Below, piece after piece: positions 16,843-26,451 of a stretch of DNA of 64,000 bases. A program made the position numbers and the translations under genes. Source of the DNA: Patescibacteria group bacterium (GTDB lineage Bacteria > Patescibacteriota > UBA1384 > XYA2-FULL-43-10); contig JBAYVT010000001.1 of assembly GCA_041674405.1 (NCBI GenBank), positions 1,012-65,011 on the forward strand. Direction: 5' to 3'. The notes beneath the pieces were generated by a model that saw only the letters and a program-made list of their open reading frames with translations, was not told the origin of the DNA and did not search any database. Positions within the stretch are counted from its first letter, which is position 1. Every line of letters begins with the position of its first letter.

Positions 16843-18567
16843 ATGAAAAAGTATTTATTGAGTTTTGTGTTTGCACTAATCGTTATTTTTCCGATCAAGG
16901 CGTTGGCTCGGGACAATGTTGACTATTGGTATATCAAGAATTTTGATAGCAATATTACTATCAACAAGGATTCATCTTTAAGTATTGATGAAAAAATCAC
17001 TGCTGATTGCGGAGATTGCGTGGGGAAACATGGAATATTTAGAATGTTGCCTACTGTTTATTCGCCTGAATTAAATAAGACAAACAATCTGCATATCGAG
17101 CTTATTAGCATTACTAATTTTCAAGGACAACCATACAAATATCAAACCACTAATGATTACCGAGATCACACCATTACTTGGAAAATTGGTGATCCTAACA
17201 CAACGGTATCTGGAATTAACGAATACGAGATTAAATATAAAGTATTGAATGGGATCAGAAGTGGAAATTCCGATTTTGACGAATTCTATTGGAATCTCAA
17301 CGGTAATTTTTGGGATCTACAGACTGATAAATTTACCGCTTATATTAAATTTCCTGATGGTGCGAATAAGGGCAATACTACGACCAATTTATATAGTGGC
17401 AAATATGGCATGAGCACAAATAACACTGCTTCGATGTCATGGATCGATAATCAGAATTTAATGGTCGAAAGTCCAAATGATAGGATACTGGTCGAAAAGG
17501 AAGGAATTACTCTGTCAGCAACATTTCCGAAAAACATCATTGTGCCCTACAAGCCAACGTTTCTTGACCTTTACGGTGTGTATTTATATCTGCTAATTCC
17601 TCTTTTGGTGCTAATGTTATGCATATTATTTTGGTCGAAATTTGGCAAGGACCCGAAGATTAATCCAACAGTAGTTCCGGAATTTGAAATACCGGAAAAA
17701 ATGTCGCCAATGTCACTCGGGATGGTTGAAGCAGATGGCCAATTAAAAAGCCAATTCATCTCAGCTACGATTATTAATTTAGCGGTAAAAGGTGCTCTAA
17801 AGATAGAAGAGATTCCCAAAAAAGGAATATTTGGCCATGTGGATTATAAAATGATTAAGCTCGAAAAACCGAAAGATGCACTCACGGACGATGAAGCCGA
17901 ACTTCTATCCGACATATTTAATAGCGAAGATACAAAACTTCTTTCGGACATGAAAAATAAATTTTATGTAAATATTCCCGGCCTTACTTCAAGGGTTCAA
18001 GATAATTTGGTCGCAAAAAAATATCTATGGAAGAGTAGCCGCGCAATGCAGGGCGCTTTTATCAGTATCGCGGCAGTACTTACTGGTTTGGGTATTGGTT
18101 TTGGATATTTGGGATGGATGGTAATAATCTCTGGAATATTATCAGGAATAATATTATTTATTTTTTCATTCTTGATGCGAAGGCGAACAATCGAGGGGGC
18201 AAAATTCAATCTTCGTGTAAAAGGGCTTCGAATGTATATGGAGACAGCCGAAAAATATCGAGCGAAGTTTAATGAGAAAGAAAATATCTTCGAAAAATTT
18301 TTACCCTACGCCATCATGTTTGGCATAACTACGCTCTGGATTGAGAAAATGAAGGCGATTTATGGAGAGAAATATATTACCAGCTACATGCCGATTTGGT
18401 ATGCAGGATCTATCAGCCATTTTGATCCCGATACTTTCAACCAGACTATTTCGAACATGTCATCAAATATGGCATCAACTATTAATTCTTCACCTTCGAG
18501 CTCCGGCTCGGGCGGCGGCGGTTTTTCTGGTGGCGGAGGCGGAGGCGGCGGAGGCGGAGGTTGGTAG
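16843..18567 (+). CDS. DUF2207-like membrane protein with C-terminal poly-Gly tail
   Basis: Signal peptide, large extracytoplasmic domain, multiple C-terminal TM helices, and a terminal SGSGGGGFSGGGGGGGGGGGW tract. This is the layout I associate with the DUF2207 family. Confidence 0.6.
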   Translation: MKKYLLSFVFALIVIFPIKALARDNVDYWYIKNFDSNITINKDSSLSIDEKITADCGDCVGKHGIFRMLPTVYSPELNKTNNLHIELISITNFQGQPYKYQTTNDYRDHTITWKIGDPNTTVSGINEYEIKYKVLNGIRSGNSDFDEFYWNLNGNFWDLQTDKFTAYIKFPDGANKGNTTTNLYSGKYGMSTNNTASMSWIDNQNLMVESPNDRILVEKEGITLSATFPKNIIVPYKPTFLDLYGVYLYLLIPLLVLMLCILFWSKFGKDPKINPTVVPEFEIPEKMSPMSLGMVEADGQLKSQFISATIINLAVKGALKIEEIPKKGIFGHVDYKMIKLEKPKDALTDDEAELLSDIFNSEDTKLLSDMKNKFYVNIPGLTSRVQDNLVAKKYLWKSSRAMQGAFISIAAVLTGLGIGFGYLGWMVIISGILSGIILFIFSFLMRRRTIEGAKFNLRVKGLRMYMETAEKYRAKFNEKENIFEKFLPYAIMFGITTLWIEKMKAIYGEKYITSYMPIWYAGSISHFDPDTFNQTISNMSSNMASTINSSPSSSGSGGGGFSGGGGGGGGGGGW

Positions 18568-18644
18568 GCCAAATACTTCGCCTAAATCCTAATTTCTAAT
18601 TACTAATTTCTAAACATAATCGGAAATTGTTCATTCAATCATAT

Positions 18645-18673
18645 ACAAAAAATGCCCCTTGGGCATTTTTTGT
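18645..18673. terminator. Bidirectional rho-independent terminator (aaaaaatgcccc ttg gggcatttttt)
   Basis: 7-bp GC-rich stem with a 3-nt loop, flanked by A6 and T6. It sits between convergent genes. Confidence 0.6.
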
Positions 18674-18687
18674 ATATTTAGCGTTGA

Positions 18688-18942
18688 TTATGCGGCAAAT
18701 AATTTGGTTCCTTCTTTGACCTTTTTGCTAACCTTCATTCCAACTTCGTCGCCTTTTTTTACCTCAGCTACATCCTCGTGGTCTTTCTGCATCGATTCCA
18801 CTTTTTGGGTAAAGTCGGCACCATGGCCCATAAAATGAACTTCATCGCCATCTTTACAGCTTACCGAAAACTTTATCACCGCCACCCCGATGTGGTCAAA
18901 ATAGTGCGTTACTTCTCCGATCTCCTTTTCATCATTCGCCAT
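18688..18942 (-). CDS. Hypothetical small protein (84 aa)
   Basis: Soluble, His-rich (HYFDH, HFMGHGADF). Confidence 0.4.
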   Translation of the reverse strand: MANDEKEIGEVTHYFDHIGVAVIKFSVSCKDGDEVHFMGHGADFTQKVESMQKDHEDVAEVKKGDEVGMKVSKKVKEGTKLFAA

Positions 18943-19114
18943 ATGACTCCTTAGGTTAGAGACTAAGAATACATAAATATTATAGCATTGTTGTCAAACA
19001 AATCACTGTGCAAGTGAATATATCAATTATATTTTATTGCAGAGTTGACTACTATACAGAAATGTGTTAGAACTGATCAGTGATTGTTATCTACACGGAG
19101 GGGGTTTTGCTTCG

Positions 19115-19540
19115 ATGGCTGAGACGTACTTGTTTCGTGGCCGTCCGCATTGCCGGATTTCTGGTCTGGGTGTAGCGCACCTTAAGGCAAATGCCGGCAA
19201 TACACTGGCGTACGTAAGGCTGGGCATCGTCCTCGAAGACGGACTGACGCAGGAGGGCGTCAGTGCTACAGGGCGGTACTACGACGGTGAAGGGAAAACA
19301 AGGGAACGCGGTCATGCAGACAATGCTAGCGTCATTACAGTTCTCGCGATGCTAAATGACACCTGCAGGAATCTCAGCCGCGAAGCGAATGTCAAACATG
19401 CCCATTTCAACTTCGACGGTAAGGAAGTTGAGGTCGGCATTGAGTTCCATGCGCGCAGAAATGTCGGTCAGGCATTTTTGTCCAGCGTAGCGGATCTCTT
19501 CGAGGAGTCGTTTGCTGCCGTCAGTGCGGCGGTAGCCTAG
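19115..19540 (+). CDS. Hypothetical protein, high-GC island E (about 141 aa)
   Basis: GGAGGGGG SD upstream of ATG 19115 (MAETYLFRGRPH...). GC about 58%. Confidence 0.4.
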   Translation: MAETYLFRGRPHCRISGLGVAHLKANAGNTLAYVRLGIVLEDGLTQEGVSATGRYYDGEGKTRERGHADNASVITVLAMLNDTCRNLSREANVKHAHFNFDGKEVEVGIEFHARRNVGQAFLSSVADLFEESFAAVSAAVA

Positions 19541-19578
19541 ACGTGTGTGGGGGGAGAATCAGGCGAGTGCTTTCGGGC

Positions 19579-19614
19579 GCTCGTCTGTTGGTTTTAAGAT
19601 ATTATTTTGTAAAC
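19579..19614 (+). terminator. Rho-independent terminator after island E gene
   Basis: 11-bp stem (with two G-U pairs) caggcgagtgc-tttcgg-gcgctcgtctg followed by ttggtttt. Confidence 0.45.
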
Positions 19615-19703
19615 TAAAATTATGATCTCTTGCAAGGAGATTATAGAAATATATAAAAAAATGATTTCGGATGCGCCAGTGCCTGTCGGGGCAAGACGCA
19701 TAT

Positions 19704-20066
19704 TCAGCTCTCCTGGTCGAGCTCGAGGTTCTCGACCAGGGCCTGGAAGAGCATATCTCCAGGTGTCTGGGGACCCACATCTTTGCTGGTTTCGTAGAAG
19801 AAGCTATTGCCATCTTCCAGGGAAAGCTCCAGGTCAAGAACTCGTCGAAATTCCCCGTCACCATCGAGGTCAAGAATCTCGTACAAAGTGGTGATGAGGT
19901 CGGAGAGCTCTGATATATCGCAGAGCCGCTCCGGCATGACGAAACGCGAAGCCTGGAGTTGTGCCCGAATCTTGCTGACGAGCGACCGATTACACCATGG
20001 CGACTCCTTAATGAACTCGTCAATGGCCATGTTGATCTTCACAGAGAGCGGTCTCTCTGGGATCAT
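19704..20066 (-). CDS. Hypothetical acidic protein, high-GC island F (120 aa)
   Basis: Convergent with island E gene. GC about 55%. Asp/Glu/Leu-rich. Confidence 0.4.
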   Translation of the reverse strand: MIPERPLSVKINMAIDEFIKESPWCNRSLVSKIRAQLQASRFVMPERLCDISELSDLITTLYEILDLDGDGEFRRVLDLELSLEDGNSFFYETSKDVGPQTPGDMLFQALVENLELDQES

Positions 20067-20143
20067 ACCTCAACACCTCCCTCATTTCAGGCTAGTACGA
20101 CAAAAGTAGTATATAACAAAATATCAATTAATAGTACAGGTGA

Positions 20144-20983
20144 TTATTTTATCCTCTCCACTAGAACTTTGAGAGCGATTTTTGGCAGGGCCATTTGGCG
20201 TTTTATGCGTTTTGGGCTACGAATTAAGCGATAAAGCCACTCGATGCCAATTTTACTCATCCAGCGCGGTGCCCTTTTTTGAACACCGGCGATAAAATCA
20301 AACGTACCGCCCACGCCAACACCAACTTTGCATCCGGTTTTAGCTAAATTTTTTGCAAGCCATTTTTCTTGCCTTGGAGAGACAAATCCGACTAAAAGTA
20401 TATCAGCAGAAGACTTTTTGACCACTTCAATTATTTTTTTCTCGTCAGCGATGGAATCTGTGCTTGAATACACTCCAGCAACCTTCAGATCATTGATATC
20501 TGTTTGCAGCTTAAGAGAGGCTTTCTCAACGACATTTGGATCAAGCCCCTTAGAATATCCTAGAAGGAATATTCGGTAATTGTTTTGCGCTGATATTTTG
20601 GCAATGTCCCAGATAAAATCTGATCCTGCAATTGTACCCGGGATAAAATTTCTATAAATAGCGATACTGATTGGAAAAAATAAGTACGCCAAAAACCACT
20701 GAAAAAATACGTAAATTTGTTTTATGACAGGGGTTTTTGGCCGCCATGCATTTACCAATCCGTAGTTTAATATAATACCCGCTCCATCAACTGAATTAAT
20801 TTTAGTTTTTGTATTTAGAACTTGCTTAAAATCCGGATCATGAAGCGCATTCCATACAAATTCCAAATTCACAGTTGCAATAATGCTTGTTTGTTTGGAA
20901 TTTTCGACAAGAGATACAAATTTTTCCCTAGCCTCGTCTTGGCTCAAGGGATCAAGTTTAATGCCAAATAAATTAATTTTCAT
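20144..20983 (-). CDS. WecB/TagA/CpsF family glycosyltransferase
   Basis: Family-typical N-terminus (MKINLFGIKLDPLSQDEA) and C-terminal GVGVGGTFDFIAGVQKRAPRWM motif. Contains an unusual internal hydrophobic insert (IYVFFQWFLAYLFFPISIAIY). Confidence 0.7.
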   Translation of the reverse strand: MKINLFGIKLDPLSQDEAREKFVSLVENSKQTSIIATVNLEFVWNALHDPDFKQVLNTKTKINSVDGAGIILNYGLVNAWRPKTPVIKQIYVFFQWFLAYLFFPISIAIYRNFIPGTIAGSDFIWDIAKISAQNNYRIFLLGYSKGLDPNVVEKASLKLQTDINDLKVAGVYSSTDSIADEKKIIEVVKKSSADILLVGFVSPRQEKWLAKNLAKTGCKVGVGVGGTFDFIAGVQKRAPRWMSKIGIEWLYRLIRSPKRIKRQMALPKIALKVLVERIK

Positions 20984-22131
20984 ATTTTTTCCATCATTTT
21001 TTGATGTTTTTCATATTCTGCAAAAATTGTTTTCTCAAAATCAGAAGCAAATTTCTCTGTAGAAAAATTTTTAGCTTGTTCCTGGCATGCGTCCGGTGAA
21101 ATTTTTTCATAAATCAATTCAAGCCTATTTATGGCATCATTCAACGAATCTGCTGTTGGTTCATCGAAAAATACCCCTGTTTTACCATCAATCACAGATT
21201 CGGTTACCCCGCCTCTTCTATACGCTACGACGGGCCTCCCGGCAGCCATTGATTCAACAGGGGTAAGCCCAAAGTCTTCTTCACCCGGAAAAACAAAAGC
21301 TTTGGCCCTGGCATAGAGTTGTGCAATTGTCTGGTCGCTTTGCCAACCAAGAAGAGAAATGTTATTTTTTGCCGTTGATTTTAGCCTGTCGAAATCAGAA
21401 CCTTCGCCAACGATAAATAATTTTTTGCCGTTTTTGTTGAAAGCCTCAATTGCCAAATCGATCTTTTTATATGGCGAAAGCCTTGATACTATCAGATAAA
21501 AATTTTCAGGCTTCTTGCCGGTGGGCTGTATATTTTTAATGTTTGCCGGAGAGTAGACGACATTTGCGCTGGCGCGATAGTACTTCCGGATTCTTAATTC
21601 CACAGTCTTAGAAATCGCAATCCAGCTATCTACCCTTTCTGCAGCGCTTTTATCCCAAACTCGAATTTTACTAAGCATGTTTCTGATTATAATCCCGACC
21701 AAACCAAAGCCTATACTATTTTCGGCAAGATACTCATGGTGCCAGTCCCACACATACCGCATTGGAGAATAACAATAGGATATGTGCAAGGTGTTTGGCC
21801 GAGTAATAACGCCATGAGCAAATGAATTTGAACTTGAAATTACAATGTCATAATCCGATAAATCAAAATCTTCGATTGCTTGAGGAAATTTTGTAAGAAG
21901 AAGTTTTTGTCTGTTCCGGATAAATTTTGGTAGTTTTTGAAGCCGGGATGTAATTATTTTGAAGCCCTTACCGGAAAATATTCGCTTGGTTCCCTTTTCA
22001 TCATAAAGTAGCGTATAAATCGGTGCATTTGGAAAAACTTTGTGCATTTCGAGGAGGACTCTCTCAGCACCACCGATTTTGATTAAATAATCATGCACGA
22101 TTGCAATTTTGATGTCGTTTTTATTTGCCAT
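20980..22131 (-). CDS. Glycosyltransferase family 4 (GT-B)
   Basis: N-terminal Rossmann (IAIVHDYLIKIGGAERV) and C-terminal EX7E-type region (FPGEEDFGLTPVESMAAGRP). Confidence 0.8.
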   Translation of the reverse strand: MANKNDIKIAIVHDYLIKIGGAERVLLEMHKVFPNAPIYTLLYDEKGTKRIFSGKGFKIITSRLQKLPKFIRNRQKLLLTKFPQAIEDFDLSDYDIVISSSNSFAHGVITRPNTLHISYCYSPMRYVWDWHHEYLAENSIGFGLVGIIIRNMLSKIRVWDKSAAERVDSWIAISKTVELRIRKYYRASANVVYSPANIKNIQPTGKKPENFYLIVSRLSPYKKIDLAIEAFNKNGKKLFIVGEGSDFDRLKSTAKNNISLLGWQSDQTIAQLYARAKAFVFPGEEDFGLTPVESMAAGRPVVAYRRGGVTESVIDGKTGVFFDEPTADSLNDAINRLELIYEKISPDACQEQAKNFSTEKFASDFEKTIFAEYEKHQKMMEKI

Positions 22132-23212
22132 TGTATGTTAGATTAATTATTTTTAATGTTTCTTGTGCGGTTCTTTCCCAGCTAAATTCTTTTAATCTCT
22201 CGGAACCCTTTTGGACCAACTTTTGCCCAAGTTTTTTATCACTGATCAGCTTGTAAATAGCATCAGCAATTTCGTTTTGTTTATGCGGGTTGAAAAAGAC
22301 TGCTGCATCACCTGCTGCTTCAGGAATCGAAGATGCATTTGAACATGCAATTGGCGTTTGTGCCGCAAATGATTCAAGTATGGGAATACCAAAACCTTCA
22401 TATAAAGAAGGATAAACAAATACATCAGCGTTTATATATAATCCGGGCAAATCTTTCTCTTGAATAAAACCAGGAATGATAACATCTTTTGAAAGATTGC
22501 CTAGTGCACGAATTTCGCGGTCAATTTCCCCAAAACGAAATCCTCTTTTTCCTGCAATTACCAATTTGTGCGTAATTTCCGGGTGATCTTTTCTCAAAAT
22601 TCCATAGGCGGCAACAAGATTTCTAGTATTTTTGCGTTCCTCCAGCCTGCCTACGGACAAAATATAGCTTTGTTTGGTTGGCCTATAATTAGAACTTTGT
22701 TTAAATTGATTTTTATCGTATCCGAGGTGGATGACCCCCATAATTTGATTATATTTTGGGTAGAAATGCTTAAAATCATTCATAGTCTGTTGGCTGATAA
22801 ATATAATTGCATTGGCTTTTGCTGCTGCCCTGCCAAGAGATAATTTTTGTAAAAAACGATCTTTTTGAGAATATGCTTTAGGAAAAAATTTTGATCCGAA
22901 GTCGTGAATGACGGGAATCATTTTCACTCCATTTACAAGTGGTAACATGTATCCTGGAGAAATAAAAACGTCTGGGTTGGTAGCTTGTATCAGCCGCGGC
23001 AATTTTAAATTATGCCAAAAACGTGCTTGAGAAGAAATTATAAACTTGGCATTTTTAAATTTTTGCGGAAATTGAATCGGGGCATCACTATATAAAATGT
23101 AATTATTCTTTTTGTCCAAAATAAGTAAATGATAGATAAGCTCAAAAGCGAAGTTTTCAACTCCTGTTTTTTTCTCTTTCGCTGCTTGTGATGCATCAAT
23201 TCCGATCAGCAT
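22121..23212 (-). CDS. Glycosyltransferase family 4 (GT-B)
   Basis: GIDASQAAKEKKTGVENF N-terminus. C-terminal YPSLYEGFGIPILESFA motif. Confidence 0.8.
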   Translation of the reverse strand: MLIGIDASQAAKEKKTGVENFAFELIYHLLILDKKNNYILYSDAPIQFPQKFKNAKFIISSQARFWHNLKLPRLIQATNPDVFISPGYMLPLVNGVKMIPVIHDFGSKFFPKAYSQKDRFLQKLSLGRAAAKANAIIFISQQTMNDFKHFYPKYNQIMGVIHLGYDKNQFKQSSNYRPTKQSYILSVGRLEERKNTRNLVAAYGILRKDHPEITHKLVIAGKRGFRFGEIDREIRALGNLSKDVIIPGFIQEKDLPGLYINADVFVYPSLYEGFGIPILESFAAQTPIACSNASSIPEAAGDAAVFFNPHKQNEIADAIYKLISDKKLGQKLVQKGSERLKEFSWERTAQETLKIINLTYNGK

Positions 23213-23224
23213 TGCACTCCTCAG

Positions 23225-23320
23225 ATGAAATTACCTCACAGAATGATCACACAGAAAGGCACAGAACAAACTGACAACTATGATGCATTTCTGTGTAAAT
23301 CTGTGAAAAAATTCTGTGAT
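23225..23320. promoter_or_regulatory. Cluster of at least 8 direct/inverted copies of heptamer CACAGAA/TTCTGTG in the promoter region of the glycosyltransferase operon
   Basis: Read directly: ctcacagaatgatcacacagaaaggcacagaacaaactgacaactatgatgcatttctgtgtaaatctgtgaaaaaattctgtgatg. Confidence 0.3.
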
Positions 23321-23321
23321 G

Positions 23322-24332
23322 TTATTGTTCTTTTGCCCATAAAATGGATTTTTTGTACGATTCCAGATTGTCCAGGGCGATTCCGGCGCCTTTTACACAA
23401 CATAACTCCGGATCCTCGGCTGTTTCGCATGGAACGCCCGTAACCCGCGTCATGAGTGTGTCTAAATCGCGCAGCTTTGCACCGCCGCCTGTCAGTATAA
23501 TTCCTTTATCCATAACATCCGAGGCTAGTTCGGGGGGGGTTTTCTGAAGAACCTCTTTTACAGCATTTATTATTTCCAAAAGAGGAGACTTCACAGCCTT
23601 AACCATATCTTCCGAAGAAATCATTATGCTTTCCGGTAAACCCGTTACGGCATTTGATCCCGAAATTTCCGTTTTTTGTTCCCTCTTTACCGGCATAGCG
23701 GAGCCAATTTTCTTTTTTATTTCTTCTGCTGTCTGGTCGCCGATAATCAGATTGAATTTTTTACGAATGTAATTCGCAATAGCGGAATCAATTTTCATTC
23801 CACCAACTCTCGCAGAGGATGAGGCTACGATATCTCCAAGTGCGATTACCGCAACTTCTGATGTCCCACCGCCAATGTCTATAATCATATTGCCTGAGGC
23901 GGTGGCTATCGGAATTCCTGCGCCAAGCGCGGCGGCGATAGGTTGCTTGATAATATAAGCGTGTTTTGCTCCTGCAGAAATACAAGCATCAACAACGGCA
24001 CGCTTTTCAGTAGAAGTGACCCCTGCCGGGACAGTAATCATGACCTCTGGCTTTGAAAATCGAATCCTACCGAGAATTCTATCTAGAAAATTTTTTAGCA
24101 TTGATTCGGTAACTTTGTAATTTGCAATCACACCATCCTTCAATGGATATGCTGCAATAATACTCTCTGGTGTCCGCCCCAACATTTCTTTTGCGTTCTG
24201 CCCTATCGCCATAATTTTATTGTCTGATGCTTGCAAAGCAACAACAGAAGGCTCGTTTATTACAACGCCTTTTTTGGGCAAATAGACGAGAACGTTCGTG
24301 GTCCCCAGATCGATTGCGACTTTTTTCGACAT
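23322..24332 (-). CDS. mreB: Rod shape-determining protein MreB
   Basis: Actin-fold motifs DLGTTNVLVY, GIVLTGGGAKL. 336 aa. Confidence 0.9.
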   Translation of the reverse strand: MSKKVAIDLGTTNVLVYLPKKGVVINEPSVVALQASDNKIMAIGQNAKEMLGRTPESIIAAYPLKDGVIANYKVTESMLKNFLDRILGRIRFSKPEVMITVPAGVTSTEKRAVVDACISAGAKHAYIIKQPIAAALGAGIPIATASGNMIIDIGGGTSEVAVIALGDIVASSSARVGGMKIDSAIANYIRKKFNLIIGDQTAEEIKKKIGSAMPVKREQKTEISGSNAVTGLPESIMISSEDMVKAVKSPLLEIINAVKEVLQKTPPELASDVMDKGIILTGGGAKLRDLDTLMTRVTGVPCETAEDPELCCVKGAGIALDNLESYKKSILWAKEQ

Positions 24333-25591
24333 TATTTCCTTACAATATTAGTCCCAAGCGAATGAAGTTTCTCGTCGATTTTTTCATATCCACGGTCAAT
24401 TAGTTCAATGTTGTTTATGGTGGTGGTTCCATTAGCGATCAAGGCAGCTGCTACAAGCGCTGCTCCGCCACGAATGTCATTGCTTTCGATTTCGCACCCC
24501 ACAAGTGGCTCTGGCCCATAAACATAGACGATGTGCGGGCTTTCAACAGCAATGTTTGCGCCCATTTTTTTAAGCTCGCTAATGTATGCAAATCTGCTTT
24601 CGAAAAGAGTTTCAAATATCCTGGTTGGCCCGTCTGACTGGGTGGAGAGAGCGGCATAAACTGATTGTAAATCTGTTGGAAAGCCTGGATATGTCCGCGG
24701 GTCAATATCGATGGATTCTAGTTCACCGCGTTTTTGGGTGATAATATTATATTTCCCATCTTTGTTTTTGATGCTGAAATTAGCACCCATGTCAGCAAGC
24801 TTTTTAAGCACAATTGCCATATGGTCCGGTATGACATCGTAGATTTCTATACAAGAATTTGTGGCAACTGCCATGCAGAGAAAAGTTCCTGCCTCAATAC
24901 GGTCTGGTATAACCCGATGCGTTACCCCATGAAGTTCACTCACACCTTCAATCGTAAGTTTGTGGGTGTCTTTTCCCTGGATTTTTGCGCCCATTGAATT
25001 TAGAAAATCAATCAAATCGCCTATCTCTGGCTCAGCATTGGCAACGGAAATGGTCGTGGTTCCACTGGCCATCACAGCAGTCATAATGGCGTTTTCTGTT
25101 GCTGTTACCGAAAGTTCGGGCAATATAATATCGGCCGCCTTTGGTTTTCCGGTCAAAGAATATGAATCGTCATGCTCTTCAACGCTTATTTCGAATTGTT
25201 TCATGACGTTTAAATGGCTATCGATAGGCCGTGCCCCTATCAGGCATCCGCCGGGTTGGGCAAATGTAACTTTGCCAAATTTTCCGACCATTGGCCCGGC
25301 CATTACTATTGATCCCCTCAGTTTCTTGGTTAAATTTCTATCCAAGTTTGTGCTGTTTATTGGCCGAGGGTCTATGGTAACAGAATTTCCATCGACATCA
25401 ATTTTGGCACCGATCGATCTGATAATGTCCTCAAGGGTACGAATATCAGCGATATTAGGAACATTGTGAATAGTTGAAGGAGAATCCGCCATGATTGCTG
25501 CGGGAATTATTTTGAGGGCGGCATTTTTAGCCCCGGAAACTTTGACCATTCCCGATAAATCGGCGCTTCCTTCAATTACAAATTTTGCCAT
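24332..25591 (-). CDS. murA: UDP-N-acetylglucosamine 1-carboxyvinyltransferase
   Basis: 419 aa. MAKFVIEGSADLSGMVKVSGAKNAALK N-terminus. Catalytic Cys-containing loop region. EPSP-synthase fold. Confidence 0.9.
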   Translation of the reverse strand: MAKFVIEGSADLSGMVKVSGAKNAALKIIPAAIMADSPSTIHNVPNIADIRTLEDIIRSIGAKIDVDGNSVTIDPRPINSTNLDRNLTKKLRGSIVMAGPMVGKFGKVTFAQPGGCLIGARPIDSHLNVMKQFEISVEEHDDSYSLTGKPKAADIILPELSVTATENAIMTAVMASGTTTISVANAEPEIGDLIDFLNSMGAKIQGKDTHKLTIEGVSELHGVTHRVIPDRIEAGTFLCMAVATNSCIEIYDVIPDHMAIVLKKLADMGANFSIKNKDGKYNIITQKRGELESIDIDPRTYPGFPTDLQSVYAALSTQSDGPTRIFETLFESRFAYISELKKMGANIAVESPHIVYVYGPEPLVGCEIESNDIRGGAALVAAALIANGTTTINNIELIDRGYEKIDEKLHSLGTNIVRK

Positions 25592-25733
25592 ATTTTTTCC
25601 TTGATAAATTCAGTTACATTCTATTCTAAATAGCTACTAAATTCAAGATGAGTATCATTTGTGGCGCAGAGATTAATGACAGCACAATTTACAACTTATA
25701 GCCATATTCCAGCTATTGTGCTATATTTTTTTC

Positions 25734-26450
25734 ATGACTAATAAAAGAGTTAAGCGGTTACCAAAAATTATTCTAGGGCAACTGGCCGTAATACTTGTAA
25801 TTGTGATAATTGCGTCTGGGCTTATTTTTTATGCCCAAGGATATAAGATCAACTTGAAAAATTTTAAGGTTATTCGCACAGGAATGATACTGCTGGTTAC
25901 AGACCCGACTCCGGATCATATTGTTATTAATGGCATAGAAGAAAATAACACGAGCGAGTACTCTAAAACTTTCACATCTGGTTATTATGATATCACCATA
26001 TCAAAAGATAAATACCAGAATTGGCACAGATCTGTTTTTATTGATCCTGGAAAACTTGTAACGTTTAAAGAGATAAAACTATTTCTAAAAGATCCAGAAG
26101 TCTCTGAGCTGACTGATCAGTCAAAAATTAATTTTTTGAATACTCCAAATAGCTATTTGGCCGAAAATTCCACAAACGACCTTACATTTAATCGGTACGA
26201 AATTTGGGTTAATGGATCACTGCTAACGCGATTTTCATCTCAAATAAATTCACCAATGTGGTATCCTGACGACGATCATATCGTATATCAAATTGGTAAC
26301 GAGATTCACGTTATTGATAAATCTGGATATAACGACACAAAGCTCGTTACTCTGAGCACCAACAATCCTACTCGATTTACAATCGGCAATAAGGGAAGAG
26401 AGCTATATTTTCTAGATGGTGAAAGTTATAAGATAGCCGATATCCGATAA
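25734..26450 (+). CDS. Membrane-anchored PEGA-like domain protein
   Basis: N-terminal TM (ILGQLAVILVIVIIASGLIFYAQG) then a beta-rich extracytoplasmic domain (PDHIVINGIEEN...YDITISKDKYQNWHRSVFIDPGK). Confidence 0.45.
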   Translation: MTNKRVKRLPKIILGQLAVILVIVIIASGLIFYAQGYKINLKNFKVIRTGMILLVTDPTPDHIVINGIEENNTSEYSKTFTSGYYDITISKDKYQNWHRSVFIDPGKLVTFKEIKLFLKDPEVSELTDQSKINFLNTPNSYLAENSTNDLTFNRYEIWVNGSLLTRFSSQINSPMWYPDDDHIVYQIGNEIHVIDKSGYNDTKLVTLSTNNPTRFTIGNKGRELYFLDGESYKIADIR

Positions 26451-26451
26451 C

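Noticed and set aside
24960-25469. 169-aa plus-strand ORF
   Set aside because: Antisense within murA.
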